Source: Rebecca billardiae RCC1528 (Eukaryota > Protista > Haptophyta). From it: a stretch of 64,000 bases of DNA. The notes below the pieces were generated by a model. It saw nothing but the letters and a program-made list of their open reading frames with translations, had not been told where the DNA came from and made no database searches. Positions 25,707 to 35,512 of this stretch are shown here, one piece after another. Location of the stretch: contig OZ251238.1 in assembly GCA_965240325.2 (NCBI GenBank), positions 1,607,115 to 1,671,114 of the forward strand, read 5' to 3'. Position 1 is the stretch's first letter; each line of letters opens with the position of its first letter. The position numbers and the translations under genes were made by a program.

Positions 25707-26084
25707 AGTAGTACTAGTACTGGAACGTCTCGGACACGGTAAACATACGCACGCGCAGTCCGTGCCCGCTGACGTGTACGGTGTATGTGAGCCTCTTCTG
25801 TCTTCACGGCGGCACTGCGGCGTCCGCGCCACTACTGTCTACTGCTCGGTCGAGTTAGACTGAGTGACTCTACATCATATAGCGCTGTAGTACCGCGCTG
25901 CGCCGTGGCGCGTCGTCCCAGAACTAAACTCGACGATCGCGTCGATGAATAATCGGCAACATCAGAGTAGTAGTCGTGTGCGTCAACTGTACACGTCGAT
26001 ACGTACATATGGCCTTCATTCGCTCGTCAGCGCCCTCTCCGACGACCAGACTGGTAGTAGCTGCTAGCAGTATCGTGCTGCGGC

Positions 26085-28703
26085 TCATCTCGCGGCCGTG
26101 GCCGCGTCCGCCTCGTCGCTGCGCCGCCGCTTGCGGCAGGGCGGCGGCGACGGCGCCGCCGGCTCCGCGGTGAGCCGGTCGAGCACGAGCACCGCGAGCT
26201 CGGCGCACAGCAGCACGGGCACGTGGTAGTACTCGCGCGGCGCCGCCTTCACCTGCGCGGCGTGCCGCACGCGGCCGGTGCCGGGCGCGCGCTCGCACTG
26301 CTCGCACGGCGCCGCGTCCGAGCACGGCGGGCGCAGCGCGCCCTCGGGCGGCGCCACGCTCGCGCTGCGCCCGCGCCCGACGAGGATGAGCTGCGTCGGC
26401 TTCCGCGCGCCGTGCACCGCTGGCTCGAACGCGCCCGCCTCGCCGGCGCCGCCCTCGCGCGCGCGCGCGCGCCCGCCGCGCACGCGGCCGTCGAGCGCCG
26501 CGTGCGCGTACGCGCAGTGCGTCGTCACGTGCAGGTGCGCGCGCGGCGCGGGCGCCTCCTCGTGCAGCTGGCGCACGAGCGGCAGGCTGAACGCGCTCGC
26601 GCCCAGCGGCATCTCGAGCACCGCCTGGCTGCCGCCGTCCGTCGCCTCGTCGGCGAGCCGCGCGGCGAGCGCGTTGCGCGTCGCGAGCTGCTCCGCCTCG
26701 TGCTGCGGCACGGCGCGCGCGAGCTCGGCGGCGAAGCGGTGCCGGTTGTGGCACGCGCCGCACGTCTGCCCGCCGTTGAGCACCGAGCTCTCGGAGCACG
26801 GGCTGCCGCCCGTGCCGAGCACGGGCGGGTTGGCCGCGCGCCACGCGTCGAACGCCAGCGCGAACCGCGGGTCGAGCATGTTGGCGACGATCGCGAGCCG
26901 CTCGCCAGGCCGCACGTGCAGCGGCGTGCGCACCTCGCCCCGCGCCCAGTGCTGCAGCGTGAAGCCCGCGTCGGCCACGAGCGTGCGCAGCAGGTCGGGG
27001 TCGCGGTCGACGGCGACGGCGGCGAGGCGCACGCGCGCGCCGCCGGGCGCGCGCGTGTGCGCCCCCACCGCGTCGCCCACGTGCAGGAACCAGCGCAGCA
27101 CCGAGGCGCCGCCCGCCGGCGCCTCCACCGCGACCGGCGCGACGCGCGCCGCGCCCGCCGCGCCGCCCTCGCCGCTGAGCGCGGCCTCGAGCGTGCCCGC
27201 GCGCAGCGGCGCGGGCGCGTGCGCGCTCAGGTCGAGCGGCCCGCCGCGCGCGAGCAGCCGCGCGAGCGCCGCCTCGGGCTGCGGCGCGAGCCGCGGCGCC
27301 GCGCCGCCGCCGCCCGCGCGGCGCCGCCACAGCGCGGCGTACACGGCGGCGACCGCGGCGGGCGGCGGCGGCCGCGGCGGCGGCGGCGCGGGCCGCGGCG
27401 GCGGCGGCGGCGGCGGCGGCGGCCGCGGCGGCGCGGCGGGCGGCACGCGCTCGGTGCGCAGCGCGCACGCCCGGGCGCCCTGCGCGAGGCGCGCGCCCAC
27501 CGACGTGTCGGGCCCCCGCCCCATCGGCAGCAGGCGCGCCGCCATGGCGGCGACGTCCTCCGTGCCGGGCTCGCCGCGCTGCGTGAGCGCGTGCGCGCCC
27601 ACGCACGACCCGCGCGGCAGGCCGCGCGGGCCGACGGCGCCGGCGGGCGCGCCGAGCACGGCGCACAGATCGCCGAGCACGGCGCCCGCCGCCACGTGCA
27701 GCACGCGCTTCGGGATCACCCGGCCGCCCGCGCCGCCGCCCACCGCCTTCTCGCCCGCGTACACGATCCACACGGGCGGCGCGCGCGCGCCGGCCGGCTG
27801 CGCGCGCAGCGCGGCCACCGCGCGCTCCAGCTCGCCGCGGCCCTGCCGAGCGCCGCCGACGGTGCCGATGTGGTAGCGCTTGGCCGGGCGCTCGAACTGC
27901 AGCTCGTCGCGCCACTTCGCGAGGCACGTCACCTCGACCACCGTGCCGCCGCCGAGCGCGGCGGCCAGGTCGCCCGCCGGCGGCTCGCCCGCCGCGAGCG
28001 CGCGCGCCACCGCGCGCGCGCGCGCGTCCGCGCACGCGGCGCGCACGTGCGCCTCGCACGCGGCGGCCGAGCCGCCGGCGCGCACGAGCTCGCACGCGGG
28101 CGCGGCGTCGAGCGCGCGCGGCGCGCGCGGCGCGGGCGGCGCGCGCGGCGCGCGCGGCGCGCGCGGCGCGCGCGGCGCGGTGCTCAGTGCGAGCAGCTCC
28201 TCGCGCGCGCGCTCGAGCGAGCCGCCCGCGCGCTCGAGCGCGCGGCGCGCCACGTCCGCCGCGCCCCCCGTCAGCCGCGCGCCGCCCCCGCGCGTCGCGG
28301 CGTCGCGCACGCACCGCAGCGCGTCGGCGCGCGCGCGCCCGTCGCCCGCGCGCGCGCACGCGTACGCGAGCTGCAGCAGCGCCGTCGGGCGCACGCGCGC
28401 GCCCGGGGCGGAGGCCTGCGTGTAGAGCCTCGCCAGCGCGTGCGGAGCGACGCCCGCCGCCGCCATCGCGGCGCGCAGCTCGCCCCACAAGCCCACGCCG
28501 CGCGCGGAGCGGCAGCGCGCGCCGCTGCCGGCGGCGCGCCCCGGCGCGCCCGCAAGCGGGCCTGCCCCGTAGGCCGCGATGAAGGCGCTGGCCGCGTCGG
28601 CGACGAGCAGCTGCTCGGCGAGCCGCGCGCAGCAGAGCAGCGCGTCGGCCTGCTCCAGCGCGTCGTTGAGCGCGGCGGCGAGCGGCGCGAGAGATGCCGT
28701 CAT
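26085..28703 (-). CDS. Divergent C5-cytosine DNA methyltransferase-like protein with long N-terminal extension (872 aa)
   Basis: Strong GC3 bias. The C-terminal half has motifs in normal order: I VEAPAGGASV, II AVDRDP, IV GGSPCSESS, VI VLEMP (ENP-like), VIII VTTHCAY...RKPTQL, X YHVPVLLCAEL. A poly-Pro linker precedes the domain, and the C-terminus has a basic NLS-like RKRRR. Confidence 0.7.
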   Translation of the reverse strand: MTASLAPLAAALNDALEQADALLCCARLAEQLLVADAASAFIAAYGAGPLAGAPGRAAGSGARCRSARGVGLWGELRAAMAAAGVAPHALARLYTQASAPGARVRPTALLQLAYACARAGDGRARADALRCVRDAATRGGGARLTGGAADVARRALERAGGSLERAREELLALSTAPRAPRAPRAPRAPPAPRAPRALDAAPACELVRAGGSAAACEAHVRAACADARARAVARALAAGEPPAGDLAAALGGGTVVEVTCLAKWRDELQFERPAKRYHIGTVGGARQGRGELERAVAALRAQPAGARAPPVWIVYAGEKAVGGGAGGRVIPKRVLHVAAGAVLGDLCAVLGAPAGAVGPRGLPRGSCVGAHALTQRGEPGTEDVAAMAARLLPMGRGPDTSVGARLAQGARACALRTERVPPAAPPRPPPPPPPPPRPAPPPPRPPPPAAVAAVYAALWRRRAGGGGAAPRLAPQPEAALARLLARGGPLDLSAHAPAPLRAGTLEAALSGEGGAAGAARVAPVAVEAPAGGASVLRWFLHVGDAVGAHTRAPGGARVRLAAVAVDRDPDLLRTLVADAGFTLQHWARGEVRTPLHVRPGERLAIVANMLDPRFALAFDAWRAANPPVLGTGGSPCSESSVLNGGQTCGACHNRHRFAAELARAVPQHEAEQLATRNALAARLADEATDGGSQAVLEMPLGASAFSLPLVRQLHEEAPAPRAHLHVTTHCAYAHAALDGRVRGGRARAREGGAGEAGAFEPAVHGARKPTQLILVGRGRSASVAPPEGALRPPCSDAAPCEQCERAPGTGRVRHAAQVKAAPREYYHVPVLLCAELAVLVLDRLTAEPAAPSPPPCRKRRRSDEADAATAAR

Positions 28704-29503
28704 CGCTGCCGGCCGTCCACTTCAGCCTGCCTGGAGCTGTGCCCATTCTACCGTAAGTATCGTTTCCATTTTGAGCCGACGAATCAGGGGACCCGCGTCG
28801 TCCTACCCGCGTCGTTACACCCGGAGCAAGCGCGGCGCGCGGCGTGAGAGGGTACTACGTGCTGTCTAGCAGGCGACCAACCACGCGCGCCGTGTCCGCG
28901 GCCGCTGCCGCGGCCGCAGGAGCACGCGGCGTGCGCTTCCCCACGCGCCCTCCAGGGCGGCGCCCCAGGAGACTTAGCCGCTGGGCCGCGAGGCCGCACG
29001 AGTTGAGGGGCCCAGAACCTCCGCCACTCGGCGCCACTGGGAATTGACAGCCCTTACCGCCCTTGCCAGAGATCAGGTGTGGGAGCGCTGCACGCTGCTG
29101 CAAAGCCGTGCCTGGTGCCACATCTGCAAGTTGGCTGCCGTCCTCGCCGTGCTCGAGCACTTCGCCCAGCGCTAGCGCCCAGCGCGCAAGCACGCCCTTG
29201 ACCCGCTCACACGCGCATGGCTCGCGCCGTGCGCCTCGCCGCTGCCCATCGCGACAGGTGTCTCCGGGCGGTGCGTGGGCGGCGCTTGCAGCACGGGCGA
29301 TGGCTGATGGCGTTCTGCGACGAGCCCCGTTGCGACATCGGTCCGCGTCCTATGAGCTCGCGTTCGATCTCGCGACCTGTAAGTCGTTTCGTACGCGAAC
29401 CGTCGGCAAGAAAAAACGGGCTTTTACCCCGAATACCCTCGGCGGAAATTTTTCCGCCGGGTCCAGAGAAGTTTATCAGTACACTCATTATTTTCAGGTA
29501 GTG

Positions 29504-29680
29504 CTGCCTGAGCTGTGTGCGTCTCTTATACTGACTTAGTAAACTGTAAAGGCAGTAGGCGCTGCTGCAAGCTTCGACTTATTAAATCATCATAGAATTA
29601 GTAGACGAGATTAGTACCCGCCCCGTACCGTCCTACAGTTTACTAAGAATTATCAGAGACGCACACAGCTCAGGCAGGCG
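29504..29680. repeat. Back-to-back pair of junction-motif copies (29504-29547 and 29635-29680) forming an inverted repeat
   Basis: CTGCCTGAGCTGTGTGCGTCTCTTATACTGACTTAGTAAACTGT and ACAGTTTACTAAGAATTATCAGAGACGCACACAGCTCAGGCAGGCG, each with small indels relative to the 48-bp consensus, separated by an ~87-bp AT-rich spacer. Confidence 0.85.
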
Positions 29681-30099
29681 GCCAGAACCAGTAGTAGTGG
29701 TAGTGCCGTGCGCAATCAACGGCCGATCCCCAGTGGCCAGTTCGTGATTCGTCAAGGGTTACTCCCCGTATCCTCGGCCAGCTGGCAGAGTTTGCCGCGA
29801 TGTTGGGCACTGCGGTTTCGTCAGATGCCGAGGGCGCCCGGCCTCGGCGCGGGGCGGCCCCGTCGCCCCCGCGGCGCTGCGCGGCGCCGCGCCGGTGGCC
29901 GGCGCAGTGGGCCGTGGGCGGTGGCAGCCGGGGCCGCGCGTCGGTGCGCGGGGCCGCCGATGCCGTGTCGTGCATGAGCCGCGGTGGCTGAGCGCGCTAG
30001 CCTCACGCCGCGGCGACGCGGCACGTGGCGCCGCGCCGCCTCGACGCATCCCCGCGGCGGCGGCGGTGGCCCGGCGGCGAGCCAGCCGAGCGCTTGCGC

Positions 30100-30300
30100 C
30101 ACGAGCCCGGCGCGCGGCACGGGCGCGTGGCGCCGCCCTCGCCTGCGCGGCCGCACCCGAGCACGGCTACGCGCAGCGCCCGCGCCCGACGAGGACGAGC
30201 CCCACCGAGCCTCCGCGCGCCGTGCATCGCCGGCCGGCTCGAACGCGCCCGACTCGGCGGCGCCGCCCTCGCGCGCGCCCGCGCCGCACGCCGCGCTCGC
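30100..30300 (-). pseudogene. Decayed paralogous fragment of the 872-aa methyltransferase (motif VIII/TRD region)
   Basis: 30176-30290 aligns with 26365-26485 (CGCCCGCGCCCGACGAGGA..GGCTCGAACGCGCCCG..GGCGCCGCCCTCGCGCGCGC) and is frameshifted. Confidence 0.75.
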
Positions 30301-30535
30301 GGCTGGCTGCCGGGCGCCGCGCCAGCGGAAGCGCCCGCGGGCCGCCGGCGCCTTTGGTGGCGATGTCGTCGGCCTCGCACGGGCTCGCGCTGGCGAGCGG
30401 CGCGCAGGGCGAGAGCGGCATGGGCGCGCCCTCGCCGCCGCTGCCCGGCCGCCTGTCGCGCGGCGGCGCTGTCGTCGCGGGAGGCGACGACAGACTCTCG
30501 CCCCGCCGCCATCGCCCCGCCGCCATGACCCGAGA

Positions 30536-30636
30536 GACCAAGGAGAATCACAGCGCAGGCAGGCGAGATTGAACACAGTTTTGTTGTGATTCTCCTTGGT
30601 CGTTTTGTTGTTTTATTGATGTGATTCTCCTTGGTC
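30536..30636. repeat. 17-bp inverted/direct repeat cluster enclosing a partial junction motif
   Basis: GACCAAGGAGAATCACA (30536-30552) has its exact reverse complement twice (30585-30601, 30620-30636). CACAGCGCAGGCAGGCGAGATTG (30549-30571) is a partial motif copy. Confidence 0.8.
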
Positions 30637-30699
30637 GCCGGTTCACGATGGTTGCTGATGACCGGCCCGGCCGGGTGCCCAACTTGGCGGGCGGCTCGC

Positions 30700-33600
30700 C
30701 GCGCAGGCGGGCGCGCTGCGTGGCGCGCACGCACACCGCGCGTCGCGCGTACGCGTGGTGCCCAGCTAAACTGCGAGATGGCGCGCCCGCTGCTGCGACC
30801 GCGTGACGGCGGCCCCGTCGCTCGCCGCGTGCGCGGCGGTTGCCCCCGTGGTCGCGCTCGGCGCCCGACAGTGCGCGTCGCGCTCCGAGCGCTCGCCGAG
30901 CGAAGCGGCGCGGGCCGCGTTGGGGCGGAGCCTCCATGCAGCCTCACACTGCACGCGAGCTGAGCCGATGCGCTCGCGCCACGTCCGCTCCCGCCTCGGC
31001 CCGCGCGTTGACTCCATCTGCGGCTGCGGCTGCGGCGGTGCGTGGCGCCGACCGATGGCACGGCTCTGGTGCCGCTTGCGTCCACGTTCCGCCGCGCGCA
31101 CGGCCGCTCTGCCGAGGCGCCTGCGGCCGCGCCGCGCTCGATCTGAGCGCGCGGCGCGCGCGCCCGCCGAGGGCTGCTGCTGTGGCTGGCTGCTGCCGGG
31201 CGGCTCCGACGTGGACGGCGGGCGCCCGGCATCTGCGGGCGTGGACGAGCGCCACAGCCGTCCAGGCGCCTCGCCCTCGGTCAGCGCTGCCCCCGCCCCG
31301 GCCCCCCATCCTGCCCTCGTCCAATCCGCACCTGGTGCGCGCAGTGAGCGGCAGCCACCAGGGCCCTCATCGTCGCGCGCGAGCGCCCGCTCTCGGCGCA
31401 CAGCTGCCCGCCCCGCATATGACACGCGCCCACTGCAGCGCCGCCGGTCGCGCGCGCGCCTCGCGTCGAAAGGGGCGGGCCCGCCTTGCCGCGGCGCGAG
31501 CGCGTTGAGGTCGAGACGAGCGAGCGCGTTCGAGCGCTGCCATTGCGTGTCAGCGGCGGTGATGGGCAGCAGTCGCGCAGATGCCGCCCTAGATCCCACC
31601 GCGCTGGGAGTCGCTCGCGCCATCTGCACTCGTGCCTGGCTGGTTTAGCCCTCCGCGTGCAGTCGGACAGCCTCGAGGGGGCGGGCTGGGCGGCGGACGA
31701 GTGATGGCGGGCGTCTACCGGCGAGCCTTGGCCGCGCCGTGCGCATCGTCTAGTCAAGCGCAGCCATCGCCTGCGCCCGCGCCCGCCGCCGCCATGTGTA
31801 GTCTCGAGTGCCGCGCGCAGCGCCTGCCCCGAGTGCTCCGACCGCGCGGCAGCTGCTGGCCTGGCTGGCGAGGTGCGACGAACCGCGGCGCAGCACGCGG
31901 CGGTCAAGCCGAGCGCGATGCGTGGGACCCGCCGGGCTTCCCGATCGAGGGCGCACGCGACGACCGCGAGCCAGGCTCGGGCGGCGGCTGCAGCGCCGAG
32001 GCCAGTGCGTCTGGAGCCGCGCTGGCTGCGCCGAGCGCGCGATGCCGGGCGCGCCCGCGTCCAGTGCGGCTCGGCTGGGCTCGTCTGAGCTCGGCGAAGC
32101 ACGCGGCGCCGCGGCCGAGGTCGAGGCGTGGCATCCCGCGACTATGCCCGCGCGGGCCCGCACGGGCTGCCTGTGCCCCAGGCTCGGGCTGTCGCGGCCG
32201 TACCGATGCTGGGCCTGGGGCAGCGCGCGCTGCCGTCGCGGGCTGTCCACCGCGCGCGGGCGCGACGGCAGCGCGTGGGGCGGTGCGAGCCAGCCGAGCG
32301 ACCGCAGCGCGTGTTGCTCGGCGGCGCGTGGCGGGAGCGTGGCCGCGGACGTGGCTGGCGCCGTGCACCAGCTCAGCTGCCCCCGCCCCGCGCCCCCATC
32401 CTCCACCTCGTCCGAGCTGCCTCTGGTGCGCGCCATCACGGCCGCGAGCGGCCTGCGCGCAGCTGCTGCATGCCGCTGGTCGCGCACGCGCCTCACGTCG
32501 AAGGCGCGGCCGCCCCTTACAGGGACGCGTGCACGTGGCGATCGAGACGAGCACACCCGAGCGCGGTCAGCGCGGGTCGGCAGTGGCGAGCAGCAGAAGA
32601 GCAGTCTCTATGTTGAACAGCCGCGCACGCCGCTGCCGAGCTCTGCGCGCAGACTTGGCAGCTGTTCACGCGTGGCTGGCGGGCACCGAGCACTGCACGG
32701 CGTCGTGCGATGGATGGAGACGCGAATGCACCCCCGCGGCGCGCGGATCCACTCGCGGCGCACCACTGCGCCGGCGCGCGCGACAAGCCGCCCTCCGGCG
32801 GACGGCGGGGATGGAGCGCCGCCATGCTGGCTTCCGAGTTCCGATCCCGATGGCTGGAAGTGAGGAAATCCCGGCAGCATGGCGACGCGCGAGTCAGCAT
32901 GGCGAGTCAGCATGGCGGATGCAGTCTGCATCCCGCGGCGCCGATGGGCGCTAGTCGCGTCGGACGGGGCCGCCGCGCGCCGGCGAGTACGCGCGTGGAG
33001 CGCCGTATCCGCCGCTGCGCCTCGCTCCCGTACTCACCTTGCCCGAACTGCCGCACTCGGAGGGCGCGGCCGAGCTCTGCGCCCCCACGCGCGGACACTA
33101 GTTGCGTCGGCTGAGGGCGCGCCCCGAAGCAAGCGGTGGTGCAGTGCCGCTCTATACGACCCGTAGACCGAGTCTGACCCGTGGGGCGTGGCGTCAGGCC
33201 CCCCAGAGGCGCGCCCTGCAGCGTGCACATCTTGCCCGCCAGCCCAACTGCCACTCGGACGGCGCACCCAAGCGCTGCGCCGACGCTCGCGCGCTGGGGG
33301 CGTGTGCTCTGCAGAGGGCGCCCCGACCCAAGCGGTGGTGCAGTGCCACTCTATACCACCGGTAGACCGAGTCTGACTCGTGGGGTGCGGCGCCTGGCCC
33401 CTCCCGGGCACGCCCCAGCCTGTAGATCTTGCCCTGAGCCAGCATAACTGCCATCACTAGCAGCTGGCGCGGGCGGCGGCGGGCTCTGCGCCGACGCGTG
33501 GGCGCTGGGGGCGTCTGCTGAGGGCACGCGCCAAAGCACTGCGGACGTTCACGTCGGCCGATGCCCAGCGCACTGCCTCTGGGTCCGTCGCTGACGAGTG

Positions 33601-34875
33601 CTACCGTCCCCGCTTGGCCGCCCGGCTTGCAGTCCGAGTGTGCCACTGACCGGCTCGGCGCCGCCCGCCAGCCGCGGTGCGGGCTCTGGGTCAAGCGACC
33701 CCGCTCTCGGGCGCTTGAACCGCGCGATCCAAACGGCCCGACCGACCTGCTGCAGGATCAGCCAGAGTCTGCTCGAGAGCCGCTGCTGTAGGTTGATGAC
33801 CGCCCCCCGAGGCGCGCCGTGGGTTTGGCGGACAGCAGCTGGCACTCGAGCTGGTGCGGACCGGCTCAGAGCCAGTATGTGCTGGCTGGCCGCCGGGTCA
33901 AGCGACCCCGCTCTCGGCCTCGAACAGCGCGTTCCGATCGATCGGCCAGGCCTGTCTGAGACTGGACGATCAGCAGCTCATGTCTGGCCGAGAGCCCCGA
34001 TAGGTTGACCTCAGTCTGGGGCGCGCTCTGTGGCGCGGTGTGAGCAGCGCGCACGACAGGTGGGCCGGGCCGCGCGGCGCAGATATTGCGGGTGGTATGC
34101 CTACCCAGCGCCCCGCACCGGTCGAAGCTGCCTTCGCCCCGCCCCCCCCCATCGTCGACCTCGTCTTATCTGCCTCCGGTGAGCCGCAGCTGCGGAATGC
34201 CCAGCATACGCCCTCGCTGCCCGTGCGCAGGAGGCGGAGCCGTGCGGTGCGTGGTGGCTGGCGGTCGACTGGCACCACGCTTGGCGCATGTGAGGCGAGT
34301 TGGCGGGCAGCCTGCGCACCACGGGTTGGCGCGGGGCGCTGGTCGGCTACACCGAGACGGGCCGACCCATGCGCGCCCACGCCCACGCTGCCTGCCGCAC
34401 CGGCCGGATGCACCGCTCGTGCGTTGCCACGCTCGACGGCCGCAGCGGCCGGCGGACCGGTGCGGGCTGTCGCGTGCGCGCACGCGCGCTCGGCGCGGCG
34501 CCCTTGGCGGGCGGGCGGCGGGCGCAGGACTGCGCGATGGAGTGGCTGCGCTGCTCCCGCGCCACTGCGCGGGGCCACGTGCGCGCGCTCGCGCGCAGCA
34601 CGCTCTCTCCTCGTCAGCGTGCGCACTGCTTGATCGGCGTGCGGTCGTGCCCGAGGTGCAGAGCTTGCGTTGGGCGCGGAGGCGCGGGCGGGTGCGCACC
34701 GGGCGCCGCGGGCGGTATGTGTGCGCGGAGGCCCTCGTGCCCGCGCGACGGCGCGCGCGGTCGACCTGGCATCGCGGGGAGAGGCGATGGCTCCTGACGA
34801 TGCAGTCTCGCTGCGAGGCGGCGGGCGCCGCCATCGTCCTGCTCTTGCGCCTTTTTCCTTCCCGCGCATTTCGCG
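30700..34875. repeat. Macro-repeat copy, including two diverged satellite-like monomers (~33100-33530)
   Basis: Colinear successively with ~5850-6500/1700-2670, 13240-13510, 14020-15630 and 3780-4550. Confidence 0.8.
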
Positions 34876-35512
34876 GCGTGCGCTGCAACGTCGTCGTCGG
34901 GCCAGAGCCTTGTTTGTTCGACCAATCGAATCATATGAATTATGCAATAAGCACACCTGAACGCAGCTGTTCGGACCCAAGCTCATGCGCGGCGGCGCAA
35001 GGTAGCGCAGTGCGTACAGTGTAGTTTCTCGCCACGCGGAAGCGCATGCTCCGTGTGTGTCTCGCCTCGCATGGCGCACGCGGGCGAGGCTGACCGTGTG
35101 GCGGTGTGCACAGCCCAAGTGCTGGCCCGAGCGGCAAGTACAGCCGAATGCGATGCGCGGCGCGAAGCGGCGAATGGCACTTCAGCACGACTGCCCAGCC
35201 TAGCTCGCCGGCTCTGCGCTCGCGGGATCGTCCACACGCACGGGAGTGCGGCGCCGTCGCCCGCTCGCCCGAGACGCGCGCGGCCGCCGCGAAGCGCGCG
35301 GCGGAATTAATGCAATAAGGCGGAAATAAAAAGCGCGCCGATTTGCTGATTTCTCCGACCCTGCGGCTGGGTGCCGTGTCCCCAGTCCTTGGGAGACGGT
35401 TGGCCGCAGTGGCTGGCCCGCTTTCAAGTCTTCGGACGACGGACGACGCGCGACCCCGCCGCCGCCGCCGCCACCAAGCTCTCGTCACAGTCCAAGCCGT
35501 GCCGCCATCGGC

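Noticed and set aside
26749-26765. CxxCH (CGACH) as a c-type haem attachment site
   Set aside because: It lies just after the catalytic PC of a predicted nuclear MTase; a Zn ligand or chance match is more plausible.
29521-29531. GTCTCTTATAC resembles the Tn5/Nextera mosaic end
   Set aside because: Only 11 bp match, and it sits within a longer genomic motif whose other copies differ; not adapter contamination.
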